Shown here: positions 51,566 to 64,000 of the stretch, in pieces
How positions within the stretch are numbered: position 1 is the stretch's first letter
Layout: each line of letters starts with the position of its first letter
From: Trichoplax adhaerens
Lineage: Eukaryota; Animalia; Placozoa
Direction of reading: 5' to 3'
Assembly: GCF_000150275.1 (NCBI RefSeq)
Contig: NW_002060947.1
Location: forward strand, 4,392,335-4,456,334
DNA: 64,000 bases
Notes under the pieces: generated by a model
Database searches by the model: none
What the model was told of the DNA's origin: nothing
Seen by the model: only the letters and a program-made list of their open reading frames with translations
Made by a program: the position numbers and the translations under genes

Positions 51566-54500
51566 ACTGTTTGATTATAAGCGATAAATTACGCTCACAT
51601 AGTCAAGTCATACTTGTAAATAAATCTTTTTGAGTATGTAAATGTAGAAATCGAATGTTGGTAATTATGCACGGATATTTTACCATGTAAAGCAGAGTAA
51701 TCATTTAAGAGTTGATTAACATTTCTTGAATAAAGCTTTAGGTCTTAGGAATAATATCTGGTTTATATTAGTTTTGGTAAGTCTGTTTCATAGCTGTTTT
51801 TTTTCCTCTTACTCGTACCAGGTACGTATTTACGTATGCAATTTATCCAATAAGGTAAAGGATATAATAATTTGCCGACTACCGCATACTGTACCTCTAT
51901 TAAAAGTGGCTTCTATAGAAAATATTAATAACGTGATTAACCAACCTACTGAAGATCCTGCTAATCGATTTAAGGATGCTATACTTAGATCTCTATAAAA
52001 ACTTGCAGGTAAATTATATTGGGTAAAGATATCGTACGGTATAGATTGCTCCATATAAATAATGGATACAAGATCTAGATGCTCATATGTTGTATTGGCG
52101 GGACTAATTTACTTTTTAGCTAAGGAAAGAACACATGTTATTACTTTAGGGCTAGAACATGACAGAACATCTCTAGAGTGCTTAAGGGGTATGAATTGGA
52201 TACTAATCTTACATTAAATGTTGGTCTTTTCTTATATACGGGTAGTAGCAAGAAAGCTTCCAGGGAGTGTTTTGCCATAGGGTACGGTATCGCAACAAAG
52301 AAAAATAGATGTTTTTATCGCGACTTACAAATTTATTACTGGAAAGATCGTTTATAACAGCGAAGGATTATTAGATAAGCATTAAGCTGATTTATTGTTG
52401 TCTACTTGTGGTTATAATGAATAAATTATTCAATTAATTAAATTAGCCATCTACTCCTATTCGTGAGCGGACTTCAAAAAATGAGCTGTCATCGAGCACC
52501 AGTAATCTTTAAAAGGAGTTATTATTTTTTATTTTTGACAGTAAATTAATTGGTAACTAATAGATTCATAGTTATTACTGTACCTACGAATGACGATTAT
52601 TTAATTATAGAAATTGAAATCGATATTTCTTAAATGTTTATATTTATTAGCATAGCTGCGGTTTTTATAGGAATAATATCTACTGCTAAAACAAAAACGA
52701 TGAATTTGTCATGAAATTAGAAGTTAAAGTTCAAGAGGTAAATGTAATTATCAATTTCGTATTTTGAATATTTAAATGAAATCAGTGCCGGTGCGTAATT
52801 GAATATTTGCAGGCAATTAGCAGCGGTAATAGCAACATTAAAAATGGTAGAGTTAGATATCTTACGTTTATCTTTAGCTTACGTGGTTAAACGTTAGTGT
52901 TGGTATGGATCACTAGCATAACCAATAAGGTTCGATAACAAATTAAGTGATGTATGTCTAAAAAATAAAATTAAAAAAAAATTAGGTCAATAATTATAAT
53001 TGATAATTGTTTATATCCAATGTTTTTCTAATATCTGTAAGGCATATGAAGTGGAAGAAGCTTTTAGGTTGGATCAAAAATGTTGTATTACAATAAGTAA
53101 ATTACCGTGCTGAAGTTATGATATACTTTTCTTGCTCAGTGTCGTTGATAGCATGATTTTAGTTGCCAGTATTTCGTAACTATATGTATCCACCTTTAAC
53201 TTTTATGAAGAAATTTGCTTGCAATGGATTCCAAAAATAAATTTTGAATATTTGAATGATAACTTTCTTTACGTATTGCAATGCTTGAACGGATCAGTAA
53301 TACGTCTGTTATATCGATTTAAATAGGAATATAACGCGAAAGATGACAAGAGCTATAAGCGAATAGATCCGTATTTTATTATCGGATAACACGCGTCAAT
53401 TTCCGGTAATGGTTACAAGAATAAAATAGATATGACTAGTAAATGTACAGTTCCAAACCTGGTTAGCTTAGAGAATAGATTTCTATTAACAGCTATTGTC
53501 ATTAATGTTATAGAATGTACATTGATCATATCTTGTATCAAAGTATTAATTGTAAAGATTGTACATGAGGTCGCTGTAAAGTCCACAATCTAACAGTGTC
53601 AGACAGAGGCATATGGGTAAGCCATATGGCCTAGTTGACAATATCCTTAATCATAATGTAAGAAATGAAGATAGTAACAATTGCAATTTGATTAGATCAC
53701 TTAAAATATGCATTGACTGTATTTAATTAGACAGTATAAAACCGGACCATGATATAATTTTAAAGGTGAATATTTCAACTTTTCAAAATTTAAATGCATG
53801 CTCTGCAATTTAATATCTCAAATCAGGTATAGCATAAGAAATAAAAGTTGTTAGAGCAACGTTAATTTACGTAATTTTTTCGTTAACCCTTGCAATAGTA
53901 GCTTGTGACTGCTTGCTTAGGTAATTTTATTACATTAGTGAATGATATGCTAGAATCAATATTATAGACGAGATGCAGGAATAGAAAAAGCTGTAACTTT
54001 ATAAACATATATCATTTTATTTATTTATTCGTAGTGATTGTTCATCTAAGATATTGATTTAATTTAATCCCATGATTGTATGTAAAATACGTTGTTTGCT
54101 TCAACATGATGAAAGTCTATTAATAAAGCAAATAAATGGCTACTGCTATGTTTTACATAACTAATATCAGTATTATACAATATAATGTTTATAAGCTATG
54201 TACAGCTTGATGTTTACTAGTTGATGTCGCCATTTGTTGAAATTCAGTGTTATTTTATCCCCGCATAATTAATGACTCTGATCTAGGAATTTAGTTTCAT
54301 ATGCACGAGCCATAATCATTACTTCCTCCCGCGCCTACTGAAATTTTGATATATAGGTAGCTTTTCGACATTTTCTCTTCTTTTTATGTAGAACTTTAGA
54401 TTAACATTTCTCCGATATACTTTGCGTATAAGATTACAAGGTGGACTGTTTGTAGAATTATAGATTTTATGATGTATGCAACGGAACTGTTTTAAATTCT

Positions 54501-57500
54501 AGTTGAAGTTATCTGTCGTTACATTGCCATCATCTTATCAGTTTTTTGTTATTAAATTTAGTATGATGCACTCGTCATCATAAACGTGTGTAATTATAAG
54601 TAAATGTATACAATTTGCACAAAAATTAATAGAATACAGGAAAATCATAGTTATTATTATTGATATATGAAAGATACTATTAAGGTAGTTGTTTTATAAT
54701 TTAAATTTTATTATGTACCGTGCAGTACTGACATACCATAACTACTCGTATATTATCACGGTATTTTCGAAGATAAGCTGTAGATGATTTAAAGAATGCT
54801 GTATTAGTGTTAAAAATGAATTCATAGAAGTCTAATACCACCGAATTTACTGAATGCTGCAAGAATGAAAATAGATATGATGATATTACTACTACAGTGC
54901 TATAGGGTTTGGCTCAGGTATGCCGTTTTCAATTTACTTTCTATAGGCTAATTTTAATATCAATTGCTAACCAGCCGCACCTTTAGTCCTATACGTCTAG
55001 ATAATCTTCGTGGTTTCTATAGAATGTACTTAATATACACCGATTTTCTATTTATAAAAGCAAACATCTTTCAGATGATGAATAGATAGGGCTTGATTGA
55101 TCTATTGTACAGTATATAAAATATTTAAGCCGCTAACGCTTACAAAATTCGTTGCGAATATAAGAATAAGGGATAAACTTACTGGATGTATCAGAATTGA
55201 TAAAGTTTTGCTGAAAAAGAGAATATAATTGCAGATACAGCATTTGATAGAAAACTATTAAGGCTAAATTTACAAGAATTTATAGATATGCACTTATGCT
55301 ATTTCCATTAATCCATCTTTTCCTTTCGCATTGTCTTATAGACAAAGAAATTATATCGCATACAATTTGAGAGTTTGCGAGCTCAATCAGTTTGAGTATA
55401 TAATATCTTTGGCAATGTTAGTACTAGCCTATAGATAGAATTATATTATAGACGAACGCTTAATTGTAACTCTGGTCTTGATAAAAGGAGAATATATCGT
55501 ATGCTAGTAATAAATCGATAATCCATACCATGTAGTGTAAGGTATCATTCTCACTAATTATCACCAAGTTCATCTGATTTGAAATGCTCAATACTTTGTT
55601 TTGTGTAGAATTTATCTTCAAAGTCGTTCCAAATGAGTTTCCGGCTAGTGAAAGGATTAATTAAGATTTTAATGACATTTTTGGCCTAGCTAAGTATATT
55701 GAAAGATGAGATAAGTATACTTAGAATCTATTTCCTTCACACTTCGATATCACATAGCATGCAGATATGCAGCTTCATCTTTCGCGTATTTTACTTTTCG
55801 TTTAGAATGCGGAACATCATTAATATACTTTAAGGGCTTTAATATCTCGTAAACAAGAAAAATTATACCGCTGTTATCTTTGTTATGTTTAACAGATATT
55901 TCAGGGGCTAATTCTAAATAGTTTTTTCAAGATTGTGATTGAATTTAGAATTATACACTATGCTGGTGTGCTATTTGAGCAATAATGATAGCACTTTAAT
56001 TAGCGCTTTAACGCAATTGGAGGATTTTTTCTTAAAGATAAGTTATTATAAAATTATGTATGTATTGTTTGTGTAGGTCCAGCTGTTACACTTATGACTA
56101 TTAACAATTGTCCTTAAGTATATATACTTGGTGGATCACTTTGATTTGACTATCCTGTCCCTAAATTTACGATCTTTTTTATCTAGTAAATGAAATATTA
56201 CCTGGTACCAGCCTGTACTATAAATAGTTCTACAGGTAGGCAATCTTAATCGCAGGTATATTTATATTTCATACATACTGTGTTGTTCTTCATGTTTATC
56301 TCTCTATCTTGTATATATTTTATCTAATGGGGAGACCGTTAATGATTAAGAATACCGCCATAAGCAAGAACGTAAATAGGCTTCTTACGACACTGGTTCC
56401 GGTATGTTAATGGCAGTCGATTTTTGCTGGATAGTTGCCATCTTGAGCTATTAGATATTAAGTTATATTTAAATAATATAGAATTAGTAAACGCTATAAG
56501 TTATAATGTTTAGCTTGTTAACATAACCTATCGGATTTCCTCTTTTGAATTAGAATTTAAGATATTTAAATTATAGGATTAATAAGATTATAAGTCATGT
56601 TGTATAGCTTGCTAACGTAAACTGTCGATTTGCTTATTTCAGATTACAATTAAGAAAAAGGCCCATTTAATTTAATTCTATTGATGTTGCATGATATTAA
56701 GGCCAATAAAGTTCAATTTTTTTGCAATACATTGTTCGAGTTAATATTGATTTGTTATAATTACAGTAAAATTGAACAGAAGCTGCTCATATAATAATTA
56801 ATGGACACCTGGAAAATGTTCTTCCTATCGCAATGATAATTGACTCACTACTATTTTCAGTTACAATATTCTTTTTGAAAGTGTTTAAAGCGATTTCTAG
56901 CTGGAAATAAATACATACTCATGGCTTTTATTCTAATTTTTAATTTTTATATTCGTACACCGATTATAAATACTACACTATGTAGGATGTTAGTACAGAT
57001 TGTAATAGAACTTATTGGTGATAGGACTAGCCAGTAAAACATTTTTCTTTTTCAGTGGCAATGGCATTATAAATTAATGAGCAATCCCTGCTATTGAGAG
57101 ATTGCATGTTCAGCATCTTAATAAAGCTGGGCGATGACGTGAAAATTTAAGTGGGCATTCTGCATGTGCAGCGTGCAGCTTAATCATGCACATCAACTAA
57201 TAAAATGCAAGCATTAACAACGATGTTAACTATACACTGGGTAGCAATCTTGAGTATTATACTTTACTAACATATGGATAGCAAACATAAAACGTTACTG
57301 TATAGTAATCAGTTGATATTAGATTATAATATTAGAACAAAAGCGACTTATGGGATCATCATATTATAGGTTTGTAATACTTGGAAATATTGAACATTTA
57401 CTAAGCACAAATAAATATAAAAATCCTTGCGCTGTATCTAATTATATACTAGGGCACTAAATTTACACTAAAAGCAAATATTACAAGCTTTGCTGTAAAT

Positions 57501-58349
57501 TTTCTACCATAATTCTATTAAAACGCAGTCAAATATTTTGCGAAAAATTTGTACTAAAGTGGTAATAGAGTAAAATTTTTGGTTGTATCAAGTTTTGTTA
57601 TCTTCATCGTAGTAGACGTCAGGTTCATTAACCGATAGAGAGAGATAAATTGAATATGAGGCATCCGAAGAAGAGACAATAATCAGGTTTTGACAGACAA
57701 ACCCTAATGTTACAAATTTAAGGTGAAATTTTGGATCATATGTTATGATTACGCGAATACTCACTCCATTTTATATCTTTGCAATTTAATATTAGAGTCT
57801 TTGTTAATTCAAGGTGTAATTTTCTTTCATATATGTGTTGTGATTATCCTACAGTATCTGATATTGTTATAGCTCAATATTACAGTCTTTGATAATTTGA
57901 TTCCGAATTTGGATTTTTCCAACGATACTTATAGCAGTAATATGAAATATGAAAGGATCTATACTTGGAATACAAGAACGTCTTGTGTATCTAGTAGGCT
58001 TTTGCTATACCAATTCATACTAAACCGGAAATTTTGAGGGCAACAATTATTAAAATTCGCTCGATTTTATTGTTCTATTAAAATGTGATATCTTAACGCC
58101 TAAATAAGAGCTCGTTTCTTTGAAATTAGTTACTGTATAAATCATCTATTATCCAGCTACTAACATAGCTACGTCTTTTATTTTGTAACTACGCCCGTGC
58201 ATCCAATGTATACCCTAACCCAAACATATACATATATTGCAAGAGAGTCCTACGAGAGGGGAAGGGAGGGAATTGCGGCTATGTATGAGCTGTAAACTAT
58301 CACCAATTTATAATTCTGAAAAAGCTTGTTTAATTCTGTTATTTTTATT

Positions 58350-58752
58350 CTGACTTACTGTAAATATCGTAACAAAAACCCGTTAGACAATCTGGGGGAG
58401 GAGGGCTAAAGTGTCGATTTTAATAGCTGTAATGCAGATCTTGCTTATGATAGTCATATCATTGGAAGTAGCATTTTCTTTACAAGTTCCCAATCGGATG
58501 ATATACAGTAAGCCTATAGATAGCAATTTAATTTAAATTGGTTTTAGTATGCTTTGACAGGGCATAAAGGCGCATTACCGACTTGTTGTAAGTCTGTCAG
58601 TATCGTCACATACTGTGGCTCGTTAGACAATCTGGGGGGGGGGGAGCAAAGTGTCGAATTTAATAACTGTAATGTAGATCTTGCTGATGAAAGTCATATA
58701 TCATTCGAAGCAGCATTTTCCTTACAAGTTCTTGATCAAATGATGTATAGTC
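58350..58752. repeat. Diverged direct repeat, two copies of ~150 bp, period ~240 bp
   Basis: CGTTAGACAATCTGGGGG...AAAGTGTCGA...AGATCTTGCT...AGCATTTTC.TTACAAGTTC at 58381 and 58621. Confidence 0.88.
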
Positions 58753-59579
58753 AATAATAAGGATAATCATAATTTCGTAAGATTTGAATATGATTTCGGA
58801 CGTTTATTAAATACTAATTGAACTATTTACTGTGGTTAATATTGAACCACATAACATTTTACAAGGCTTAGTATAGAATTTCATATTAATCATTATAACA
58901 TATTATACTGTAATCCAATGGCTTAATTAGCTAATAGTCTAATTTCAGGATTTATCCGTAGCTTTGTACCCGTTTGAGTACGAAGTTCAGTGTATTTACG
59001 AAATGCCTAGTCAGTTCGTAAAATGCAAAAATATCAAAATATGTCAATCAGTGAAATCGTCTTTCTATATAAATTAGAGAAACTATCTTTATTCATGGAG
59101 TAATATTGCTAAAAAAAAGCAGCGAATTTACATTTCTTTGATGATTATAATAATAATAATAATAATAGACTAATTGAAATATTCAATACATATGTAACTT
59201 GCAATTACTTCCGTAATTGCCAATCATTGAGATATACTGTTATCAATGAAGTCGTTATCATTGAATTGATAATGTTCTGATTCTGAAAATTATTCTTTAT
59301 TTTTACACGTTGTATGAAATTTACTGTTACACTTAATATTAGCCTTCAAGCATTTGCATCGGTTGATAATGAATACAGCATGTATGGCATTTTGCAAATT
59401 GACTAGGCATTTGGCGAATGGACTGGATTTTGCACTTGGACGGTAACAGCTGTAGCTGCATACAGTAGAAAGCGTGTCATTCATCCTTCCCGATGATTGA
59501 AATGATATGAAATTATAATTTTAAAATTTCGTAATCAAAAATGGAGAAAAATCAATTTCTGCTGCATATTCAAACTCTA

Positions 59580-59705
59580 CTTGTACGTACAGTACGTATA
59601 GAGTGTAGAGTGTAGAGTGTAGAGTGTACAGTACTGTACACTCTCTCAGTGCACAGTGTACAGTGTACAGTACTGCAGTAGGACTGTACTCTACCGTACT
59701 GTATG
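59580..59705. repeat. CAGTA/TACAG and (AGAGTGT)n tract upstream of DDIAS
   Basis: (AGAGTGT)x4 followed by TGTACAGTACTGTACA and further ACAGTGT/CAGTA units. Confidence 0.8.
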
Positions 59706-60178
59706 ACTGCAAGTCGCAGAGAACTGTGCCATGTCGCATTCATAGCCACATTACAAGTCGTATTGTATGTAGATTGGGAAAAATGATTTTCTTACATTCT
59801 TACGCTAAACCTGACTTCTAATTATAATTATTAATTAATTTATGAATTAATTGATGAAGTAATTACGATGTATATGGCTGATGGACTGGATAGTAATGCT
59901 TTTAATAAACAACAAATAATCTAACCTTGAATTAGAATATATGAATATTAAATTGGACGTGGACATGGAATGATAAATACAGTATTCTTCCCAATCTGTG
60001 TAGTCTTACGTAACATTGGAAAAATTGAAGGGGTTATCGAAACGTACTGTAGAAACCGCGACTGGCAATGATCCTTATTTTCATAACTGGATCACTTGTC
60101 ATCGATTAATAAATAGGAGAGCGGACATAGTGACTGTATTTGGTCAAGACAAGACTTACTTCTGCCATAAACTTGCTA

Positions 60179-62767
60179 ATGGCCGAGCAAGATATTCACT
60201 TGATTGTTTGCGTTTTATCTGTCGGCCAGCAGTTATATTATCCAGCTTGTCAACACTGCTTCGTAAGATTAAGAACTCAAAATAACAGGTGATAAAATTT
60301 AAAATTCACGTTGCTTTACAGAATTCATACTACAACTAATTCATGATAGTGATTGATGCTTACGAAGCTCTATCAGTGACGATAAACGCGTATACAGTAG
60401 TCTACTGTACAATTTACTAATAGAAACGATCTCGAATAGATGATATCATGACATTTTTTGCTTGATGAAATGCACTATTCTGTACAAGTACAACACAGTA
60501 AATGCGTAGTAGTACGATCGATCAATGCTGTACTTATTAATGAATGTGTAATTTGATGGAGGTGAATCAGTTAAAGTTCGATCGATTCGATGATGGACTA
60601 TCAAAAGTAGCATTTGATATCGAAAGAATGTACACGATAGGAACAAACTTATTGCTATAGATGTCGACTACAGCAATTGACATTTTCCTATGATGGTAAT
60701 GCCGATAGTATGCATGGAAAGCAATTCAATAAGCAAGAATTTGACGGAGATTGGAGTTATACAGTTACTGTCGGCTTAGTACTTACCTAAGTATTAGTAA
60801 CCAAGGTGATTTTAATATCTCCTTAGGCTAATATGCCCTCGATGCAAGCAAGTCTACTGTGATCAGCAAATTTGTTATCGCTATAGGCTCAAGCTAAACG
60901 TAACTGACCAAGATTCTATTGCTGATGTTACTTTATTTGGTAAGTGTGTGGAGAATGTTATTGGTAGAACAGCGACAGAACTACATAGGTGAGAAGATAA
61001 AGTAAAATTGCCATATAAAATTTGATTCAAAATTCATTCTTGTATTTCTGTTATTGATCGGGTCTTACTATCTCGTACTGTAGGATGCTATCCACTCGAC
61101 AATCTCGATATGACAAGAGCCTTGCTAATATCTTGCAATATATCATTAATTATTATTTTATTGGTTCAATGATCGAGCTGTCGTTTTCATCCCATCGCTA
61201 CAATGGCAAAGTAAAATGCCAGCATTTGTCGGACATTAAAGTAAAGCAAACACGTGTCTCCAATTTTTATACGGGTGAGCAGAAACTTCAAATCAATACT
61301 GTACAATGAATTGTTGTAATATGCATAACATTTTGATATATAATCAGTTTAGCATGCTATAAAAACGATTTAACATGTGTTCATGATAAGACGTCGTCAT
61401 GAATTAATTTCGATGCTGTCATAATTCACATAATAGGTTGTTATCCATCTTTTATTGCTACAAAAATTGAACCTGTCAGCACTAGAAAATGCACAGTGAT
61501 TGAAGAATTCGAAAATGCACTTTCGCAAATGCAATGTGCTTGTTCAAAGACTAGTACTGACATCGACCACGTAGAAGGTGGTAACTTTGACGGCCCAAGT
61601 GGTGAAACTTTCAACAATAGTGATTGGCAAGTTTTATTATGGGATAGTGAAGAATGGAAATTGGATGAGATCGAAACAAATGACATACCTTCAGAAGGAT
61701 TGTCAGAAGCTAAGGAATTGTTAAATACTAATTTTAGTACAACTGCTAAGGAATCAGATACTTTTAAACTGAATAATCATCAGTGGAATACAAGCAACAC
61801 TGCAGAATATAGCTATAATAAAACTTGGGTTTCAGCCTCTCCTCCTTCTTTAAACCTAACTTGCTGTAGCTGCGGTCATGATGTTACGGTGGTATCTAAT
61901 TTAGAACGTAGTTGGCTACAAAACAATGTATCAATATCCCCCGGCATGGATAATCAATCAATGAGTTGGTTTAGTGATTATGGCTTTAATCATAAAGATT
62001 GTAATATTAGTGTACGAGTGAAAGATAAGAACGATAAAGAAGAGGTAATACCGGGTGTTAATTTATCTAATCATAATGGTGAAACTCAAACTAATTTTGT
62101 CGAACAAAACGTAACATTTAGTAGCAGTAATGATTCTATCAGGCCGGTAAGCCATCCGGTTACATGTTCATCGCCAAGGCAGACAAATGATGAATCTTTG
62201 CCTTCGGAGACTTTACTACTGTACTCACGTTGCAATTCCAGCGATAGTATCAAAGATGATCATACAGGTTCCAGCGATTCCGGTTGTAATCAGAATTATA
62301 TTTTCTGCCGATCGGATACGAGAGACACACTATTGCTATTTTCACCGATTAATACAGCCGAAATTGTAAACGATTCGAATCAGCAAACAGGCCGCAAGCG
62401 GCGAAGAACGTCTCATGTCAATCTTTCTCGCAGGAAAGAATTGTATAAGGAAAATGTTGTTGCAAAATCTAGCGCTTGGGATTCTAATATTAATGTCGAC
62501 CAAAAGAAATTGTCGTTAGTGTTTACTCCTAGTGAAAAATTAGATGCAAATGATTATGATAGCGAAACGTTATTTTTATTTTCTCAGAATAATACCAGTG
62601 CAAGTTCGCAACATTTCCAAGATATTACGACCACAGCTAATCAGGATCAAGGTCCAGTATCCCGTACGAATAAGCGCTACAGTTGTAATGACCAAAATGC
62701 AGGTTACGTTGGTATAACTCCAAGTAGCACCCTGAAGCGAAAGCTATTCAAGGCAGAGAATGCATAA
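60179..62767 (+). CDS. DDIAS: DNA damage-induced apoptosis suppressor (Noxin)-like: RPA1-C-type zinc OB fold plus long disordered tail, 4 coding exons
   Basis: Exons 60179-60288, 60827-60988, 61084-61274 and 61437-62767, GT-AG and in phase. Product: MAEQDIHLIVCVLSVGQQLYYPACQHCF...R|LICPRC...YRYRLKLNVTDQDSIADVTLFGKCVENVIGRTATELHR|...FIGS...|...TVIEEF. This matches DDIAS (YPSCQKCF, CPKC, YRYKLSL.V, TVFGSCL..FFG.TATGLHR, FVGQSF, TVIDYF). Confidence 0.88.
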
Positions 62768-63133
62768 AGATACTATAGTTACTATTTGGAGTTGAAAATA
62801 ATTTCATATGAATTACCGTAAATATTTTTATAAGATCCATAGCTCGTTTCTTAAGCGTTGAAGTAATTCGATGTCATTAATGCAATTTCGATTTATTTAA
62901 TTTATAAACGCCTGTATACACTACAGATTATGACTACTTTGAAGGTAATAATTTATTATATAGTAATTATATATAATTATTTATTGAGCATGTATTGTTA
63001 TATACTATACTGTAATTTTGCACCTTTTACAATACTAATATCCCTTATTGACAGTAACTATAGTAATTTTTCGGTTATTTTGGGTAGACAAAGTCAAGAG
63101 ATAGTTTTAAATATACGTATACAGTGTAGTGAG

Positions 63134-63170
63134 ATGGCCAAGATTGCGCCATTACTATTACTTATTTTTG
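63134..63170 (+). CDS. Probable first coding exon (signal peptide) of a secreted or membrane protein continuing past the window
   Basis: GAGATGG Kozak context, MAKIAPLLLLIF, then a phase-1 donor G|GTATGT, typical of signal-peptide exons. Confidence 0.45.
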
Positions 63171-63401
63171 GTATGTACATTTATGCCCACAATAAAAGTT
63201 CGGCGTATAACATACATGCATTTTACTGGTCGCTACTGATGTATTAATCGTTTTGGGATCTGCTAAAAGTCCACTATGCTATATTGAAAGACCTTTATTC
63301 GCAGCAGTGAGCACTTATTGAGTAAGTGCTGGGGCGTGTAGTTGTGATTGAAGTACAATTAAAATGTAATCTACTGTAATGTGAGACATGTTAAACTCGA
63401 A

Positions 63402-63878
63402 AGAAAGTGGTAGTTCTAGCTTATTTTAAACAGTTCTAGTTTACACAATCCTGAGTGCTACAAGTATTACTCTATCAACAAAAATTGGTATGTAAGTATA
63501 ATGGGATAGAGGTTCATCAAAGAGAAATCATTTTTCTCTTGATGTTACTTTATCAGAAGTGGTAGTTCTAGCCTATTTTAAGCAGTTGTAGCGTAGTCAT
63601 ACTTCAATAAACAATCCTGATTGCTATAGGTATTACTTCGTCTACAAAAATTGATATGCAAGTATGATAGGATAGAGGTTCATTGAAGGAAAGTATTTCT
63701 CTTATCGTTACTTGATCAGAAGTGGTAGTTCTGGCCTCTATTAAGCACTTCTACTTTAGATCACAGTTCGTTAAACAATCCTGATTGCCACAGGTACTGC
63801 TCCATCAACAAAATTGGTATGTAAGTATAATAGGATAGAAGCTCATCGAAGTGATAGCGTTTCTCTTGTTGTTACTTC
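63402..63878. repeat. Tandem repeat, three diverged copies of ~155-165 bp
   Basis: AAGTGGTAGTTCT...ACAATCCTGA...ACAAAAATTG.TATG.AAGTAT...GGATAGA...TTTCTCTT recurs at ~63405, 63557 and 63720. Confidence 0.92.
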
Positions 63879-64000
63879 TTTACGATAAAATGAAAATGAT
63901 TTTAAATATAAGGAATACAATATTACTATCGTTAGCAGTACTTTATAGTACGACTTATAATGCGCAAGTTAGCCTTAATATGCAGGATGGCTTCTAGTGC

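Noticed and set aside
60016-60285. 89-aa ORF MEKLKGLS... as the first exon of the downstream gene
   Set aside because: It is in the wrong frame; the DDIAS-like YPACQHCF motif is in the frame starting at ATG 60179.
61496-62767. 423-aa ORF as a stand-alone orphan gene
   Set aside because: It is the last exon of DDIAS (acceptor at 61436/61437, in phase with upstream OB-fold exons) and begins at GTG.

Overview
AT-rich, gene-dense animal genomic DNA with short (mostly 65-150 nt) introns. This fits a compact early-branching metazoan such as a placozoan, which is inference only. Supported genes in order: a 5'-truncated Myc-like bHLH-ZIP (+), RAB9 (+), UBL3 (-, five small exons essentially missed by the ORF track), ALKBH8 (+), GTPBP8/EngB (-), tRNA-Thr(CGT) (-), THOC2 (+), PCF11 (+), a predicted-myristoylated SEL1-repeat/poly-Q protein (-), DDIAS/Noxin (+) and a probable signal-peptide first exon (+). 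The most unusual signal is a 15-copy ~78-bp tandem array (1638-2794). Read on the minus strand, its unit is an intron-like 71 nt (GTAAGA...CCTAAC...AG) plus a 7-nt exon-junction remnant, so it looks like a tandemly amplified intron. A second duplication spanning a splice site creates a candidate in-frame 21-nt microexon in GTPBP8. THOC2 carries two minor-spliceosome-like introns (one GT-AG, one AT-AC). CAGTA/TACTG tracts recur upstream of several genes. No CRISPR array, rRNA or intact transposase was seen. All homology calls are by eye from remembered family sequences; no searches were run.
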